A DNA stretch of 64,000 nt from Candidatus Sumerlaeaceae bacterium (GCA_049968255.1 JBMFRB010000004.1:64001-128000), one strand, 5' to 3'. Positions 40,270 to 51,025 are shown, counted from the first letter of the stretch. Translations and numbers: made by a program. The notes: a model not told the origin generated them from the letters alone.

Positions 40270-41502
40270 TTGCGATTCGAGCGATTCGTAGCGCGACGTT
40301 ATCTTTTTAGCGGTCACCACAAAGCTCTGGTTTCCGCCATCACGCTCATCTCAATTGCCGGTGTAGCTGTCGGAGTCTTTGCGCTCATCGTTGTGATTGC
40401 CGTGATGGAAGGTTTCGACCGAAACCTCGTAGAAAAAATCATCGGCGCTTACGCCCACATCGAGATCGTTCGGGCAAGCACAGAATCGCCACCCATTGAG
40501 CTCGACAAGATTCTCCCCGAGGTTGACAAGCTCCCAGGCGTCAAAGCAGCCGGACCGGTTATCATGCGCCAAGCTTTGCTGCAAGTGATCCCTAGTGAAG
40601 GCGAAGAGCCGCGCCAAACAGCTGTCCTCGTCCAAGGCGTGGATCTAGACCGCGAGAGCCGGATCACAAAACTTATGGAAAAAGTCGCAGGCAAGGCCAA
40701 GCCCGACCAGGGCGAAATTGTCATCGGGAAAAAGGTAGCACAAAGGCTTTACATCCCGCTTGGAGCCCGCGTCACTGTGTTCTCGCCGGTTTTTGTGCGC
40801 ACGCCCACCGGTGGCTCTGCTCTCGCACGAAATGCTCAAGTCGCTGGGATCTTTGATTCAGGATTCCCCGAAGCGGACGAAATGATCGCCTACACCGATC
40901 TTGCCACAGCGCGAGCACTCTTCATGGTGCCAGAAAACGAGGTCGACGGAATCCACCTGGTAGTCGATGACCCGCAAAAGGTTGACCAAATCAAACGCCT
41001 TCTCCAAGAAAAGTTGGGCGCTGCTTACCTCGTCACAACTTGGCGCGAGCGCAACCCTGTCCTGTTCGACGCCCTTGTTCTCGAAAAGTGGGCTATGTTC
41101 ATCATACTTCTGCTCATTGTTCTCGTTGCATCCTTCAACATTGTAGGAACGCTCATTATGGTTGTCATAGAGAAAACCCGCGAGATTGGGATTCTCAAAT
41201 CCATGGGTGCAACCGAGGAGACCATCATGCGGATTTTCGTGCTCCAGGGGCTCTTTATTGGAGGCATCGGAACTCTCGTAGGCGCTGTCGCTGGCCTCTC
41301 CACCTGCTACTTGCTCCAAAATCACGTGCGCATTGACATTCTTTCCGAAGCCTATCTCTCCGACCGTATTCCCATCCTTATGGATGTTCGTTGGAATATC
41401 CTCATCGTGCTGTCAGCCCTAGCGATCTGCCTTCTGACGTCACTTTATCCAGCTCGACAGGCTGCCAAGCTCGACGCCGTGGAGGCACTTCGGTATGAAT
41501 GA
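40270..41502 (+). CDS. lipoprotein-releasing ABC permease (LolC/E/F family)
   Basis: VARRYL, VMEGF, VASFNI, EIGILKSMG, YPARQAA..EALRYE. Confidence 0.92.
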   Translation: MRFERFVARRYLFSGHHKALVSAITLISIAGVAVGVFALIVVIAVMEGFDRNLVEKIIGAYAHIEIVRASTESPPIELDKILPEVDKLPGVKAAGPVIMRQALLQVIPSEGEEPRQTAVLVQGVDLDRESRITKLMEKVAGKAKPDQGEIVIGKKVAQRLYIPLGARVTVFSPVFVRTPTGGSALARNAQVAGIFDSGFPEADEMIAYTDLATARALFMVPENEVDGIHLVVDDPQKVDQIKRLLQEKLGAAYLVTTWRERNPVLFDALVLEKWAMFIILLLIVLVASFNIVGTLIMVVIEKTREIGILKSMGATEETIMRIFVLQGLFIGGIGTLVGAVAGLSTCYLLQNHVRIDILSEAYLSDRIPILMDVRWNILIVLSALAICLLTSLYPARQAAKLDAVEALRYE

Positions 41503-42199
41503 GATGTCGACGCTGCGCGAACTCATTCTCAACGCCGAGAACGTGGAGAAGCACTATCGCGACGGCGAGCGGCTCCTCAAAGTCCTGCGAGGGGTATCGC
41601 TCGAAGTGTATACCGGCGAAATTGTCTCAATTGTCGGCGCGAGCGGTTCTGGCAAAAGCACACTCCTGCACTTGCTTGGCGCGCTAGACCGTGCCACTTC
41701 CGGAACAATCTCCTTTCGCGGACGGGATTATTCCGCCATGTCGAATGCCGAACTCGCCGCCCTTCGCAATCGTTCCATCGGCTTCATTTTTCAGTTTCAT
41801 CATCTGCTTTCCGAGTTTTCAGCCCGCGAGAACGTGATCATTCCAGGGCTTATCGCACGACGACCCAAAGAGGAACTCGTGCGCCTTGCCGACCAGCGTC
41901 TCCACGAACTTGGGCTTTCTGACAGGCTTCACCATCGACCCGCGACACTCTCCGGGGGCGAACAGCAGCGCGTAGCCTTAGCGCGTGCTCTTATCAATGA
42001 GCCTGATCTTGTTTTGGCTGACGAGCCTACCGGCAATCTGGATGCTGAATCTGCAGCAGCGGTCATTGAATTGCTATGGAACAACGTGCGCGATAACCAC
42101 CGAGCGCTTGTGATTGTGACGCATGATCCGGAGATTGCGCGCCGAGCTGATCGATGTCTGCGCCTTCGCGAAGGGCGGCTCTACCCAGAAACTCCATAG
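41495..42199 (+). CDS. lolD: lipoprotein-releasing ABC ATPase
   Basis: GASGSGKS, IGFIFQFHHL, LSGGEQQR, DEPTGNLD. Confidence 0.9.
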   Translation: MNEMSTLRELILNAENVEKHYRDGERLLKVLRGVSLEVYTGEIVSIVGASGSGKSTLLHLLGALDRATSGTISFRGRDYSAMSNAELAALRNRSIGFIFQFHHLLSEFSARENVIIPGLIARRPKEELVRLADQRLHELGLSDRLHHRPATLSGGEQQRVALARALINEPDLVLADEPTGNLDAESAAAVIELLWNNVRDNHRALVIVTHDPEIARRADRCLRLREGRLYPETP

Positions 42200-42328
42200 C
42201 TTGTGAATGCGGTCCGAACGAGATTTTTATTTACACGCTGGGTGCGTAGCCAAATAGCGGTTGATCTATACTTCTCTTGGGATTGCTGAAGATATTCCAA
42301 GGGTGTTTGCTGTCACAAAACACACAGG

Positions 42329-43984
42329 ATGAGTGCGATGCTCCGAAATGCTCTGCTTCTGGCCATCTCACTGATGGCCACGATTCCTGCTCTAGCCGAA
42401 GACTATGAAGTTATTGTCGAGTCTGGTCAGGGAGGACAAAATGTCGAGTGGTTCTCCACCATAGAGGGCAACTGGATGGAGAGTTCCAGCAAGAGCAAGG
42501 CACCTGGGCTCACCGCTTCGAAAGCCATGTTCAAGACAGCCGGACCTGCTGGCGCAGCGCGTTTCACACCGGACATTCCAGTCGAAGGCGAGTACGAAGT
42601 TTTTGCCACCTACCCCGACTCTGGCAATGCAGTTGGCGTGATCTATCACGTGCATTCAGCCAGTGGCGACTCTGAAGTCGTCATCGATCAGCGTGGGCGT
42701 GACCAGCGTGCCAAGCCTCTGGCCAACACTTGGTTTTCCCTTGGAAAGTTTAAATTCGCCAAAGGCAAGGAAGGCTACGTTGAGATCCGAGACCCACAAA
42801 CCGGCAAAGCAGCTAATGAGAAAGAGCCGAATGTTCGGATTTATGCCGACGCGGTGAAGTTTGTCCCTGTTGGATTCGCACTCCCGCCGCAGTTTGCCGC
42901 GCGAAAGGGAAGTGGCGCATTCGCGCAGTCCTCGCTCGCCTATCTTCCAGCCACACCTGTTGCTCAATCCTCTCAGCCAACGCCGTCATCTCCTGCTTCA
43001 GCCACCATGCCACCGTTGGGACAGGGAAGTGTGCCACCCGTTTCCAGTGCTCCCGCGGTTCAATCTCTGCCGTCACTCGCAAGTGCAACGACGAATCAAT
43101 CTGCAGCCGCCAGTCTCCCAGGCCTCGCGAGTGCTGCGCAGCCTGGTTCTTCTAGGTCTACCTCCGCCGGAGCTGGTCAACCGCCCTCACTTCCGGCGCT
43201 CGGCAGTGCGGCGCCATCGGCCACAGCTCCGTCCCTGCCCACCCTTGGCAGCGAACTCACGCCTGCTCCGGGATCGGCCCCTGTACCTCGTCAGCAAGCG
43301 TCTCCCTCCATTGAAACGTTCACAGCCACGTCGAATAGGATGCCTGTACTTCCTGAAATTGGCTCATCTGCTTCGCCCATGCTGGCCCAAGCGGGCTCAG
43401 GCACCCAAGCGCCGAATTTGCCTCAGCTTGGGGCTCTCCCACCAGCAGTGGCATTACCACCATCCCCACCCGAAAATCCTGGCATGCCTCAGCTTCAGCC
43501 GCTTGGGCAGGTAGCGCCAGCCGGTCAACTGTCTGCACCGCTCTCGGCGCTACAGGCATCCCTTCCATCTATGCCGGCAGGGTCGCCAACTCTAGCACCC
43601 GCTGGGGTACAGCAGCCTACCGCCCAAGCTCCACCCGCTTCCGATGGCCTTCCTTGGGTTTACGATGAAGGGACAGCCCATTCCATTGCACGAAGCCAGA
43701 ATAAGAAAGTCCTGGTCTTTTTCGTAGCGGACGGGAACCGTGACGTTGAGAGGTACGAAAAGGAGTACTTCTCGCATCCGGCCGTACGCGAAGAACTGGC
43801 CAAATTTGTTCTGCAGAGGGTGAACTTCCCGCTGAACACGAAGGCTGCCTACAAGGTGAAGGTGTACGGCGCTGGCACCATCGCCGTGACCGACAGCTTT
43901 GGCGAGCGGATCGGCGGAATCTCCAAAATTCCCTCATCACCAGAGGACCTTGCCAAAGAGCTCCGAGAGCTTGCTTCCAAATAA
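42329..43984 (+). CDS. exported protein: golvesin/CBM-like domain, P/S/A linker, thioredoxin-like domain without CxxC
   Basis: Signal peptide; ARFTPDI..GEYEV..IDQ..WFSLGKFKF..ADAVKFV; LPWVYD..A..KKVLVFF. Confidence 0.75.
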   Translation: MSAMLRNALLLAISLMATIPALAEDYEVIVESGQGGQNVEWFSTIEGNWMESSSKSKAPGLTASKAMFKTAGPAGAARFTPDIPVEGEYEVFATYPDSGNAVGVIYHVHSASGDSEVVIDQRGRDQRAKPLANTWFSLGKFKFAKGKEGYVEIRDPQTGKAANEKEPNVRIYADAVKFVPVGFALPPQFAARKGSGAFAQSSLAYLPATPVAQSSQPTPSSPASATMPPLGQGSVPPVSSAPAVQSLPSLASATTNQSAAASLPGLASAAQPGSSRSTSAGAGQPPSLPALGSAAPSATAPSLPTLGSELTPAPGSAPVPRQQASPSIETFTATSNRMPVLPEIGSSASPMLAQAGSGTQAPNLPQLGALPPAVALPPSPPENPGMPQLQPLGQVAPAGQLSAPLSALQASLPSMPAGSPTLAPAGVQQPTAQAPPASDGLPWVYDEGTAHSIARSQNKKVLVFFVADGNRDVERYEKEYFSHPAVREELAKFVLQRVNFPLNTKAAYKVKVYGAGTIAVTDSFGERIGGISKIPSSPEDLAKELRELASK

Positions 43985-44222
43985 GGGGGCGAAGCTCTAA
44001 AGGCTTGTCCGCTCAACAAGCCAGTTAGTGTCCACTTCGGTCGCCAGTGGGCCATTGGCACCGCGACTGAGTTGGCAAATGCCGGTGCAATCGTGTGGTG
44101 GGACTGTCTTCTTCGCCATCTTCAAGTGTGATGGCTGTCGTGATCAATGCAACAGCACAGGGCAAACCTGCCCCGTCACCGTCCCACTGCAGAACACCCA
44201 CGCGCAAAGCTTTCTAACCTAT

Positions 44223-46274
44223 CTAAATCTCGGCAACGATCTCCTGGTCAGGGCCGACAATAATCCGGAATTTGATAGGTTTGTTCTCTGCCACCATGGC
44301 CCACATCATAGCCATTTGCTCGAGCTGCACATCTGGTGGGACGCGCTCGCTTTTCCCCACGAGGATTTCCTGCACCTGAAGCTCGTACGCCACGCGAGCG
44401 ATAGCAAACCAACTATTATTCGAGGGGATGACGAGCGGTTTGACACTTACGCCATATTTCTCTGCCAGCTCCACGACCTTCGTGAACAAGATCTCTTCAT
44501 CGCTCGTGAACACATGCTCGAAACTCTGGTCGCCTTTTTCAACCTTCACAGTAATGACAATAATCTCGCTGTCGCGACTCACTGCTTCGTCCAAGGCCAC
44601 CTTCAAATGCTGAAGGTTGTTGGGATCGCGGGCTGGCACAAGCACTCGTGGCTTGCCCTCCTCCAGCTGGATAATATCCGGGGACAATTCGCTCTTTTTC
44701 TCTAAGGCAAACTTCTCTTTGTGCTCGTGCGCAACGCCTGCCTTCCGACGTCGCCGAGTGGACAAGTGTTCAGAGATTGTGAAAAGCGCAAAAAAGGCCG
44801 CTGTAAACGAGACGCCAGAAATTGTCGCTAACTGTTTCGTCAAGAGATTCGTGAACGCCACGGCTACCAACACAAGCGTGACCGCGCCTAATCCAACTGG
44901 AATTTCCACTCCTCGAAATTTCGGATTAATGGGGACTCGCCAGGAGCGCTCGCCCTTGTACTTGAAACGCAGAATGAGCATGGACATGGCCATGAAGGCA
45001 AAGCTCCAGACCACCCCAAATGCATAGGCTTCCCCCAGAAGCGTCACATTGCCACGGCTCGCCACAATGATCGCTAACTGTAATCCTACAATGAGATTCA
45101 AAATACGGTACGTTGTTCCGAATCGTCTATGCGGATAACGAAACCAATCATCTAAAATGCCGTCCTCCGCCACGCGGTTGAGGACACCATTTGAGCCTAT
45201 CAGTGAGGTATTCACCGCTCCCGATAGGATCAAGGCACCCACACCTACTACAAAAGCTGTCATCAGAAGTTTGAGCGGCACGGGACCTGCCAAATGCTTC
45301 ACGAGTTCGTTCAAGAGGTTGTCGCCAGCAGCTTTGCGAACTTCGTCTGGGACCAACATGACTGCCGCAAAGGCCGTGAAACCCGTGAAAAGCACGGAGA
45401 ATACAAAAATAACCATGGCTGCGCGAACGAGGTTTTTGTGCTTCGGCGCCTCAATTTCGCGGTAAACTTGTGCCAGCGTCTCCTCGCCGCTCATCGCCAG
45501 TAGGCTGTGTCCGAAGGCGACGAGAAATACGGCAAGCCCCATCGTCTTTACCCACGGGATATCCTTGAGCCAGCCAAGCGCGTGGTCTTCAAGAACTGGA
45601 CGCAACGGTGGAAGCTGCACAGGGCGCAGAGCCATCGTGATGAGCGACCACACGATCAGGATTGCAACCATCACAGCCGTTACAATCATGATCTTCAGGG
45701 ACTTGTCGCTGCTCTCCTCAATGCCCTTGATGTTGAGCCACCAAAAATAGAGCGTTGCCGCGACAGCAAAGCCGCAGGCGAAAAGGTTTGGCGAAATCGC
45801 AAGCGAAAGCCCCAATTGTTGACCTGCAAACTCAACCAGCCCACGCAGATAGTGACCGGCCGAAACCGCAGAAATCGGCCCCGTGAGAACATAATCAAAA
45901 ATAAGGGCCGACACCGCAACCTTGCCCATAAAATGACCCATCGCCTCGCGGACGATTCTGTAAACACCGCCGCGTACAAAAATCGAGCAGCTCTCCACGT
46001 AAACCGCACGCACACAACCCGAGAAAAGCATCACCAACAGGATGAACCATGGCGCTGCTTTGCCGATCGCGTGCTCGGCAATGCCCCCAATGTAATAGGC
46101 AGTACTTGCAAGGTCGCTGAGCACCACAGCCGCTGCATGCCAGAACGAGATGAAGGTTAACATCGCCGTCGTCAAAACGACGACCCGGGTTCCCTTTCTC
46201 GACGACGAAGGCGAGAACGCAGACGTGCTGACGTTAGAACTCTGGCTTTCTGTCATTGGGAAATGGCCCACCAA
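44223..46274 (-). CDS. KimA/YdaO-like APC-family K+ transporter with C-terminal USP-like domain
   Basis: SDLASTAYY, DYVLTGPIS, SGEE, AYAFGV match the KimA K+-site segments; upstream c-di-AMP riboswitch. Confidence 0.8.
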   Translation of the reverse strand: MVGHFPMTESQSSNVSTSAFSPSSSRKGTRVVVLTTAMLTFISFWHAAAVVLSDLASTAYYIGGIAEHAIGKAAPWFILLVMLFSGCVRAVYVESCSIFVRGGVYRIVREAMGHFMGKVAVSALIFDYVLTGPISAVSAGHYLRGLVEFAGQQLGLSLAISPNLFACGFAVAATLYFWWLNIKGIEESSDKSLKIMIVTAVMVAILIVWSLITMALRPVQLPPLRPVLEDHALGWLKDIPWVKTMGLAVFLVAFGHSLLAMSGEETLAQVYREIEAPKHKNLVRAAMVIFVFSVLFTGFTAFAAVMLVPDEVRKAAGDNLLNELVKHLAGPVPLKLLMTAFVVGVGALILSGAVNTSLIGSNGVLNRVAEDGILDDWFRYPHRRFGTTYRILNLIVGLQLAIIVASRGNVTLLGEAYAFGVVWSFAFMAMSMLILRFKYKGERSWRVPINPKFRGVEIPVGLGAVTLVLVAVAFTNLLTKQLATISGVSFTAAFFALFTISEHLSTRRRRKAGVAHEHKEKFALEKKSELSPDIIQLEEGKPRVLVPARDPNNLQHLKVALDEAVSRDSEIIVITVKVEKGDQSFEHVFTSDEEILFTKVVELAEKYGVSVKPLVIPSNNSWFAIARVAYELQVQEILVGKSERVPPDVQLEQMAMMWAMVAENKPIKFRIIVGPDQEIVAEI

Positions 46275-46507
46275 CCTTCCTTAGGGAATCCGCTCACATG
46301 GAATGCTAAATGGAATTGTTGCCAGGACCGAACTGCGGCAACGTGCGATAAGTTGATGCCTGCCCACGCTGAAAGGAGATGATTCGACCGACGCAGAGGC
46401 ACCACTCTGCTACATCGCGGACCAGGATGAGGCTTCATGAGTTTATTCTGGTATCTTCTCCAAAGATTCGGTCAACCCTTAGGAGAAGCCGTAAAAAGCG
46501 CTTCTCG

Positions 46508-46622
46508 ATGCCTACGAGGTTAGCTGACGGGCTCGGTGAGAGAAGCCTTGCCTATGCGCGGTATCGCCGCACAATTCGCCCCAGAGTTGGGTCCCCCGCT
46601 CAGCACATGGCTGATTCGGCAT
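46508..46622 (-). ncRNA. c-di-AMP riboswitch (ydaO/yuaA)
   Basis: Minus strand reads ATGCCGAATCAG..CTGA GCGGGGGACCCAA CTCTGGGGCGAATT...CCGAGCCCGTCAGCTAACCTCGTAGGCAT; conserved blocks in order with P1 ATGCC/GGCAT. Confidence 0.93.
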
Positions 46623-46693
46623 TTTTTCTTGGTCTGCCATACAAGTAGGCCCCAACTGCTATTCAGCGTTTCCGCTCCCGTCGTGATGTGCCT

Positions 46694-46981
46694 CTATGTC
46701 CCTCTCGCCTGAGCGTCGACTAGCTGATCCGCTAGGACAGTCAGCACGTTGTCCGAAACGTGCGCAAAGCCTCCCTCGATCATGAACTCGCTCACTTCGT
46801 CGTTTGCACAGCGAATTGTGAGTTTGCCCCGTCCGAGCGACGCAACAAGAGGAGCATGGTGTGCCAACACCCCAAAATAGCCTTGCCCCCCCGGCAACGT
46901 CACACTGACCACGTCGCGGTTCAGAACCTCCGCTTCTTGCGTAAAAATTTGCAAACGGAAACGCTGCGCCATAACCTTCAC
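46694..46981 (-). CDS. atpC: ATP synthase epsilon subunit, beta-sandwich only
   Basis: LPGGQGYFGVLAHHAPL, IEGGF, LTVLAD. Confidence 0.92.
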   Translation of the reverse strand: MKVMAQRFRLQIFTQEAEVLNRDVVSVTLPGGQGYFGVLAHHAPLVASLGRGKLTIRCANDEVSEFMIEGGFAHVSDNVLTVLADQLVDAQARGT

Positions 46982-47389
46982 TTCCTACTTACGATTTTGC
47001 ACCTTGCTCGGTTCTCCCGCCTCGGAAAATACCGTACCAACGAAATCCTATTGTTGAGCACAGCCGTCTCTTGTGCAATAAAACTTCGCGCGTTGTGCGC
47101 AAGGTGGGAGACAGTTGCAGAATCCACGGGGTCGTTAAGCCCAAACCAGTGCAAGCGAAATCGCCCCAGGCCGCAAAGAATTCTTTCTCCTGTTCATAAT
47201 GCGAACACTAAACCATAAAACGGGGTAATACCGACACACGTCATTCTGCCAGCTTTTGCTCCAGAATTACTGCTAACCTTTCATTTTTTAGCGTTTACAT
47301 AACTAGCTCTTTTGGGTGCCCAGGCGGCCCGTATTCTGCTCCTTCCCGACAGCGAGACTTAGACGCCACAATCTGGGAGTGAGACGATC

Positions 47390-47707
47390 ATGCTGAAACG
47401 ATTCTTTGCTCTGCTAGCCACCACAACGCTTCTGAGCGGCTGCGCGAGCATGTCGCCGGTTCAGCGCGGCGCAAGCGCTGGGGCACTCGCGGGAGGCCTT
47501 GTTGGCGGAGTATGGGGTCACGCAGCCCATGGGATCACTGCCGCCCAGGGTGCCGGCCTTGGCGCGCTCACCGGTGGACTCGTCGGAGCCCTGGCGGCCG
47601 ATTCCCTTACCAACGAGCCCGATTACGGCAAGCGCGAGCAAGCTCCCGTCGTGGCACCGCCGCCCGCTCCTGCACCGCCCAAGCGCTACCAGACTGTGGA
47701 GAAATAA
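47390..47707 (+). CDS. glycine-zipper lipoprotein
   Basis: Lipobox LSGC; GA..GAL.GG.VGG repeats. Confidence 0.85.
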   Translation: MLKRFFALLATTTLLSGCASMSPVQRGASAGALAGGLVGGVWGHAAHGITAAQGAGLGALTGGLVGALAADSLTNEPDYGKREQAPVVAPPPAPAPPKRYQTVEK

Positions 47708-47906
47708 AGGTAGGCGAGTGCGCAGCCACGATCGATCTTGCATCCGAAGCCGTGGCCACGGGGAAGTGGCGCTGCCAGCTCACTCATGCCGCCGCGCCTA
47801 ATATGCGCGCCGACGGGCGACAGGTTGTTCCAAAAAACACGAGCGGGTTGTATCAACTTTTTTGCGCGCTTGACGCAGCTTGCATGCCACGGGTTTGCTT
47901 CTTTTC

Positions 47907-49514
47907 ATGAGCACGAGAAAATTTTACATAACGACGGCGATTCCTTACGCAAACGCAGAGCCCCATGTCGGCCACGTTCTTGAACTGATCGGAGCCGACA
48001 CAATTGCCCGTGCTAAGCGGCTGCTTGGCTATGAGGTGTACTTCCAAACCGGAACCGACGAACATGGCCAGAAAATGCTCGAAGCAGCCAGCAAAGCTGG
48101 CCTCTCCGCTCAGGAATACGCCGACAAAATCGCGCCACGCTTCCGCAACCTCTGGCGCGATCTCGACGTTGCTTATGATGGATTTGTGCGAACAACCGAC
48201 CCCGCCCATCGTGCCGGCGTTGTTCAGTTTTGGAAAAAGGTCCGCGACAACGGCGACATTTACCTTGGCAAATACGAGGGATGGTACTGCGTGCCTGACG
48301 AAAGTTTCGTGCTCGAATCACAGGTCCAGCTCGGATCGAATGGTGAGAAACTCTGCCCCCAGTGTGGCCGCCAGCTAACGTGGCACAGCGAAGAAAACTA
48401 TGTCTTCCGCTGGTCAAAATATCAACAGGCACTCGAGCAGTGGATCGCTGAACACCCTGATTTTATCGCTCCAGCGTTCCGCGCGAACGAAATGATCAAT
48501 TCCTTCCTACGGCCAGGCCTCCAGGACATTTCTATCTCCCGCACCACCATTGCGTGGGGAATTCCCGTCCCAGATGATCCAGCCCACGTCATTTATGTCT
48601 GGTTCGACGCCCTGCTCAACTACATTACGGGGATTGGCTACGGCACCGACGAGGAGCGTTTTCGCCACTGGTGGCCATGCGACCTCCACGTCGTTGGCAA
48701 AGACATACTCAAGTTTCACACGCTGCTCTGGCCGGCAATGCTCATGGCGGCTGGCGTCGAACCTCCGCGCCGCGTCTTCGGCCACGGCTTTGTCGTTCTG
48801 CGTGGCGCTGAAAAAATGTCGAAATCCAAAGGCAATGTTGTTGATCCCCGGGAACTTCTTGAGCTTTTCCATGGCAACCCGGACCCTCTGCGTTACTACC
48901 TCCTGAGTGAAAACGATTTTGGCCACGATGCCGTATTCAGTCTCGACGGGCTCATTGGGAAATATCACGCCGATCTTGCCGACAAGCTTGGCAACCTGTT
49001 GGCGCGAACCCTTTCCATGGTGACCAAATATCGCGACGGGCGGGTCGTGCGTCCTGCAACATTCGAGGCGGCTGACCTAGCCATTCGCGCCAAAGTCTTG
49101 GCCTTGTGGCAGCCGGCCCACGATCAGAGCAGCCGTCTCCTTTACGAGCAGCTTGTGGACGAAGGGCTTTTTGCCCAGCTACTTCAGCGATGCTTTGCGG
49201 CCATCTCCGAGATGAATGCCTACGTCACGGAACAGAGACCGTGGGCGCTTGCAAAAGACCCTGCGCAAGCCCAACGGCTCGACCAAGTGCTTTATGTTCT
49301 CGTTGAAGGTTTGCGCCTTGTCGCGGCTCAGCTCTTCCCGATCATCCCGCGTTCTGCAGCAGCCATTTGGCGACAGCTAGGCCTTGCTCAACCGCCCGAT
49401 AAAACCTCCTTTACCGAGTTGTCAACTTGGGGCGCACTGTCGGAAACCACAATCAAACCCGAAGGCATCCTGTTCCCCAAATTGGAATCGCCCCCACAGC
49501 CACCAAACTCCTAA
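47907..49514 (+). CDS. metG: methionine--tRNA ligase (short form)
   Basis: YITT..HVGH, GTDEHG, YVWFDAL, GKDI, KMSKS. Confidence 0.96.
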   Translation: MSTRKFYITTAIPYANAEPHVGHVLELIGADTIARAKRLLGYEVYFQTGTDEHGQKMLEAASKAGLSAQEYADKIAPRFRNLWRDLDVAYDGFVRTTDPAHRAGVVQFWKKVRDNGDIYLGKYEGWYCVPDESFVLESQVQLGSNGEKLCPQCGRQLTWHSEENYVFRWSKYQQALEQWIAEHPDFIAPAFRANEMINSFLRPGLQDISISRTTIAWGIPVPDDPAHVIYVWFDALLNYITGIGYGTDEERFRHWWPCDLHVVGKDILKFHTLLWPAMLMAAGVEPPRRVFGHGFVVLRGAEKMSKSKGNVVDPRELLELFHGNPDPLRYYLLSENDFGHDAVFSLDGLIGKYHADLADKLGNLLARTLSMVTKYRDGRVVRPATFEAADLAIRAKVLALWQPAHDQSSRLLYEQLVDEGLFAQLLQRCFAAISEMNAYVTEQRPWALAKDPAQAQRLDQVLYVLVEGLRLVAAQLFPIIPRSAAAIWRQLGLAQPPDKTSFTELSTWGALSETTIKPEGILFPKLESPPQPPNS

Positions 49515-49677
49515 AGCAAGACCTACAGCGAGATATGCTCCATCGCGCTGAGGCGCGTTCATGCAGCACGAAAATGTGAAAGCTGGCGATTGTCGAAAGT
49601 CACTGCGTCGCCTTGATGCGTTGTTGGCACCCAGCCACTCGGGCCTCTCGTTTCGCCAGGCGCTGGCGTGCTAGGCT

Positions 49678-50718
49678 TCAGCCGGACGCTTTGCGTGCAC
49701 CGCAGCTCTCGCGAATTACGAGCTCAAGCTCCACTTCCTCGTAAACTTCTGTACGTTTATGTTCAAGAAGCTCAAACAGGCGCTCGCACGCAATTTGGCC
49801 GATGAGGTACATATTCTGCCGGATTGTCGAGAGTTTGGGGCTGACATATTGCGCCAGCACGATGTCGTCGCCGCCAAAAAGCGCGATATCATCCGGAATG
49901 CACAGCCCAGCCTCACGAATGGCCTCCATTGCCCCAATGGCCATCATGTCGTTCACGCTATAAATGGCCGTCGGTCGCCGAGCACGCGACAAAAGCCACT
50001 TCGTTGCCATGTATCCGCTCTCGCGGTCGAAGTAGCCCTGGGCCAGGAGATCGTCTGATTGCTCCAGACCCAACTCCCGCACCGCAGCCATGTAGCCCTC
50101 TGTGCGATGAATAGCGGTAGTCACAAATTCACTTCCGCGGATGTGACCGATCCGTTGGTGGCCCAGCTTGGCTAAATGCTCAACTGCCTTGTAAGCCCCC
50201 TGACGATTGGCTCCGATCACCGCCGGGAGCTGTCCCAGCATGCTGTTGACCAAAACAACCGGACACCCCGCATCAGCCAGTTCAAGAAGATAAGTATCTG
50301 TTGTCAGATTTCCCACACACAGCACCCCGTCCATCACACGCTGCCGAAAGAGCGCCAGCGCTTTCTTGTCCGTTTTGAATTCTGGCGTTGCCATTTCTAC
50401 CACAAGATGATAACCGTGGGCTGTGACGACATCGAGGATTCCGCTTAGGCTCTCAGAGAAATAGAAATCCGACACAACGTGCCCAATTTGCGGGAGCACC
50501 ACACAAATCACGCCAGCCTTCTGCCGCACAAGACTGCGGGCAATGGCGCTCGGGCGATAACCTACGCGCTCGACAATCTCTAGCACTCTCGCTTTCGTCT
50601 TCTCGTTAATTTTGTCCGAGTCGTTCAATGCTAGCGAGACCGTCGAGCGACTGACCCCCGCCATTTCGGCGATGTCGCGAATCGTGTAACGTTTCTTTTC
50701 TTCCTTCGGATTAGACAT
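49678..50718 (-). CDS. LacI-family transcriptional regulator
   Basis: TIRDIAEMAGVSRSTVS, GYRPS..ARSL, NDMMAIG, IRESC. Confidence 0.95.
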   Translation of the reverse strand: MSNPKEEKKRYTIRDIAEMAGVSRSTVSLALNDSDKINEKTKARVLEIVERVGYRPSAIARSLVRQKAGVICVVLPQIGHVVSDFYFSESLSGILDVVTAHGYHLVVEMATPEFKTDKKALALFRQRVMDGVLCVGNLTTDTYLLELADAGCPVVLVNSMLGQLPAVIGANRQGAYKAVEHLAKLGHQRIGHIRGSEFVTTAIHRTEGYMAAVRELGLEQSDDLLAQGYFDRESGYMATKWLLSRARRPTAIYSVNDMMAIGAMEAIREAGLCIPDDIALFGGDDIVLAQYVSPKLSTIRQNMYLIGQIACERLFELLEHKRTEVYEEVELELVIRESCGARKASG

Positions 50719-51025
50719 CGAAGTCGTCGCTCCACAATCACTGTCGTCAGCACGTCTGCACCCTCTTCGTTCGCCAACAAAGATGAGCGCACCGACGAGG
50801 CCACCTCTTTGACAGGCACCACGTGCTGTTTACTTTCAGCTAGGGTGTCGACCCAGAAATGCAAGGAGAATCATAAGTAAGGCTACCTTTCGCACAAAGA
50901 ACGCCGAACGCCAGGTTTAGCGGTGAGAAAATATTATCGATCTGTGGGCGCAAGACCACAAGTTGGGCGCCGTCGAGAAGAAAATGAAAAAGTCAAGAGG
51001 TTTCCGTGTCAGCATTTGTCTTACA

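Noticed and set aside
44155-44210. c-di-GMP-I riboswitch-like words GCACAGGGCAAACC...CGCAAAGC
   Set aside because: No GNRA hairpin or pairing GG between the words, no second stem, and it faces the 3' end of a convergent gene
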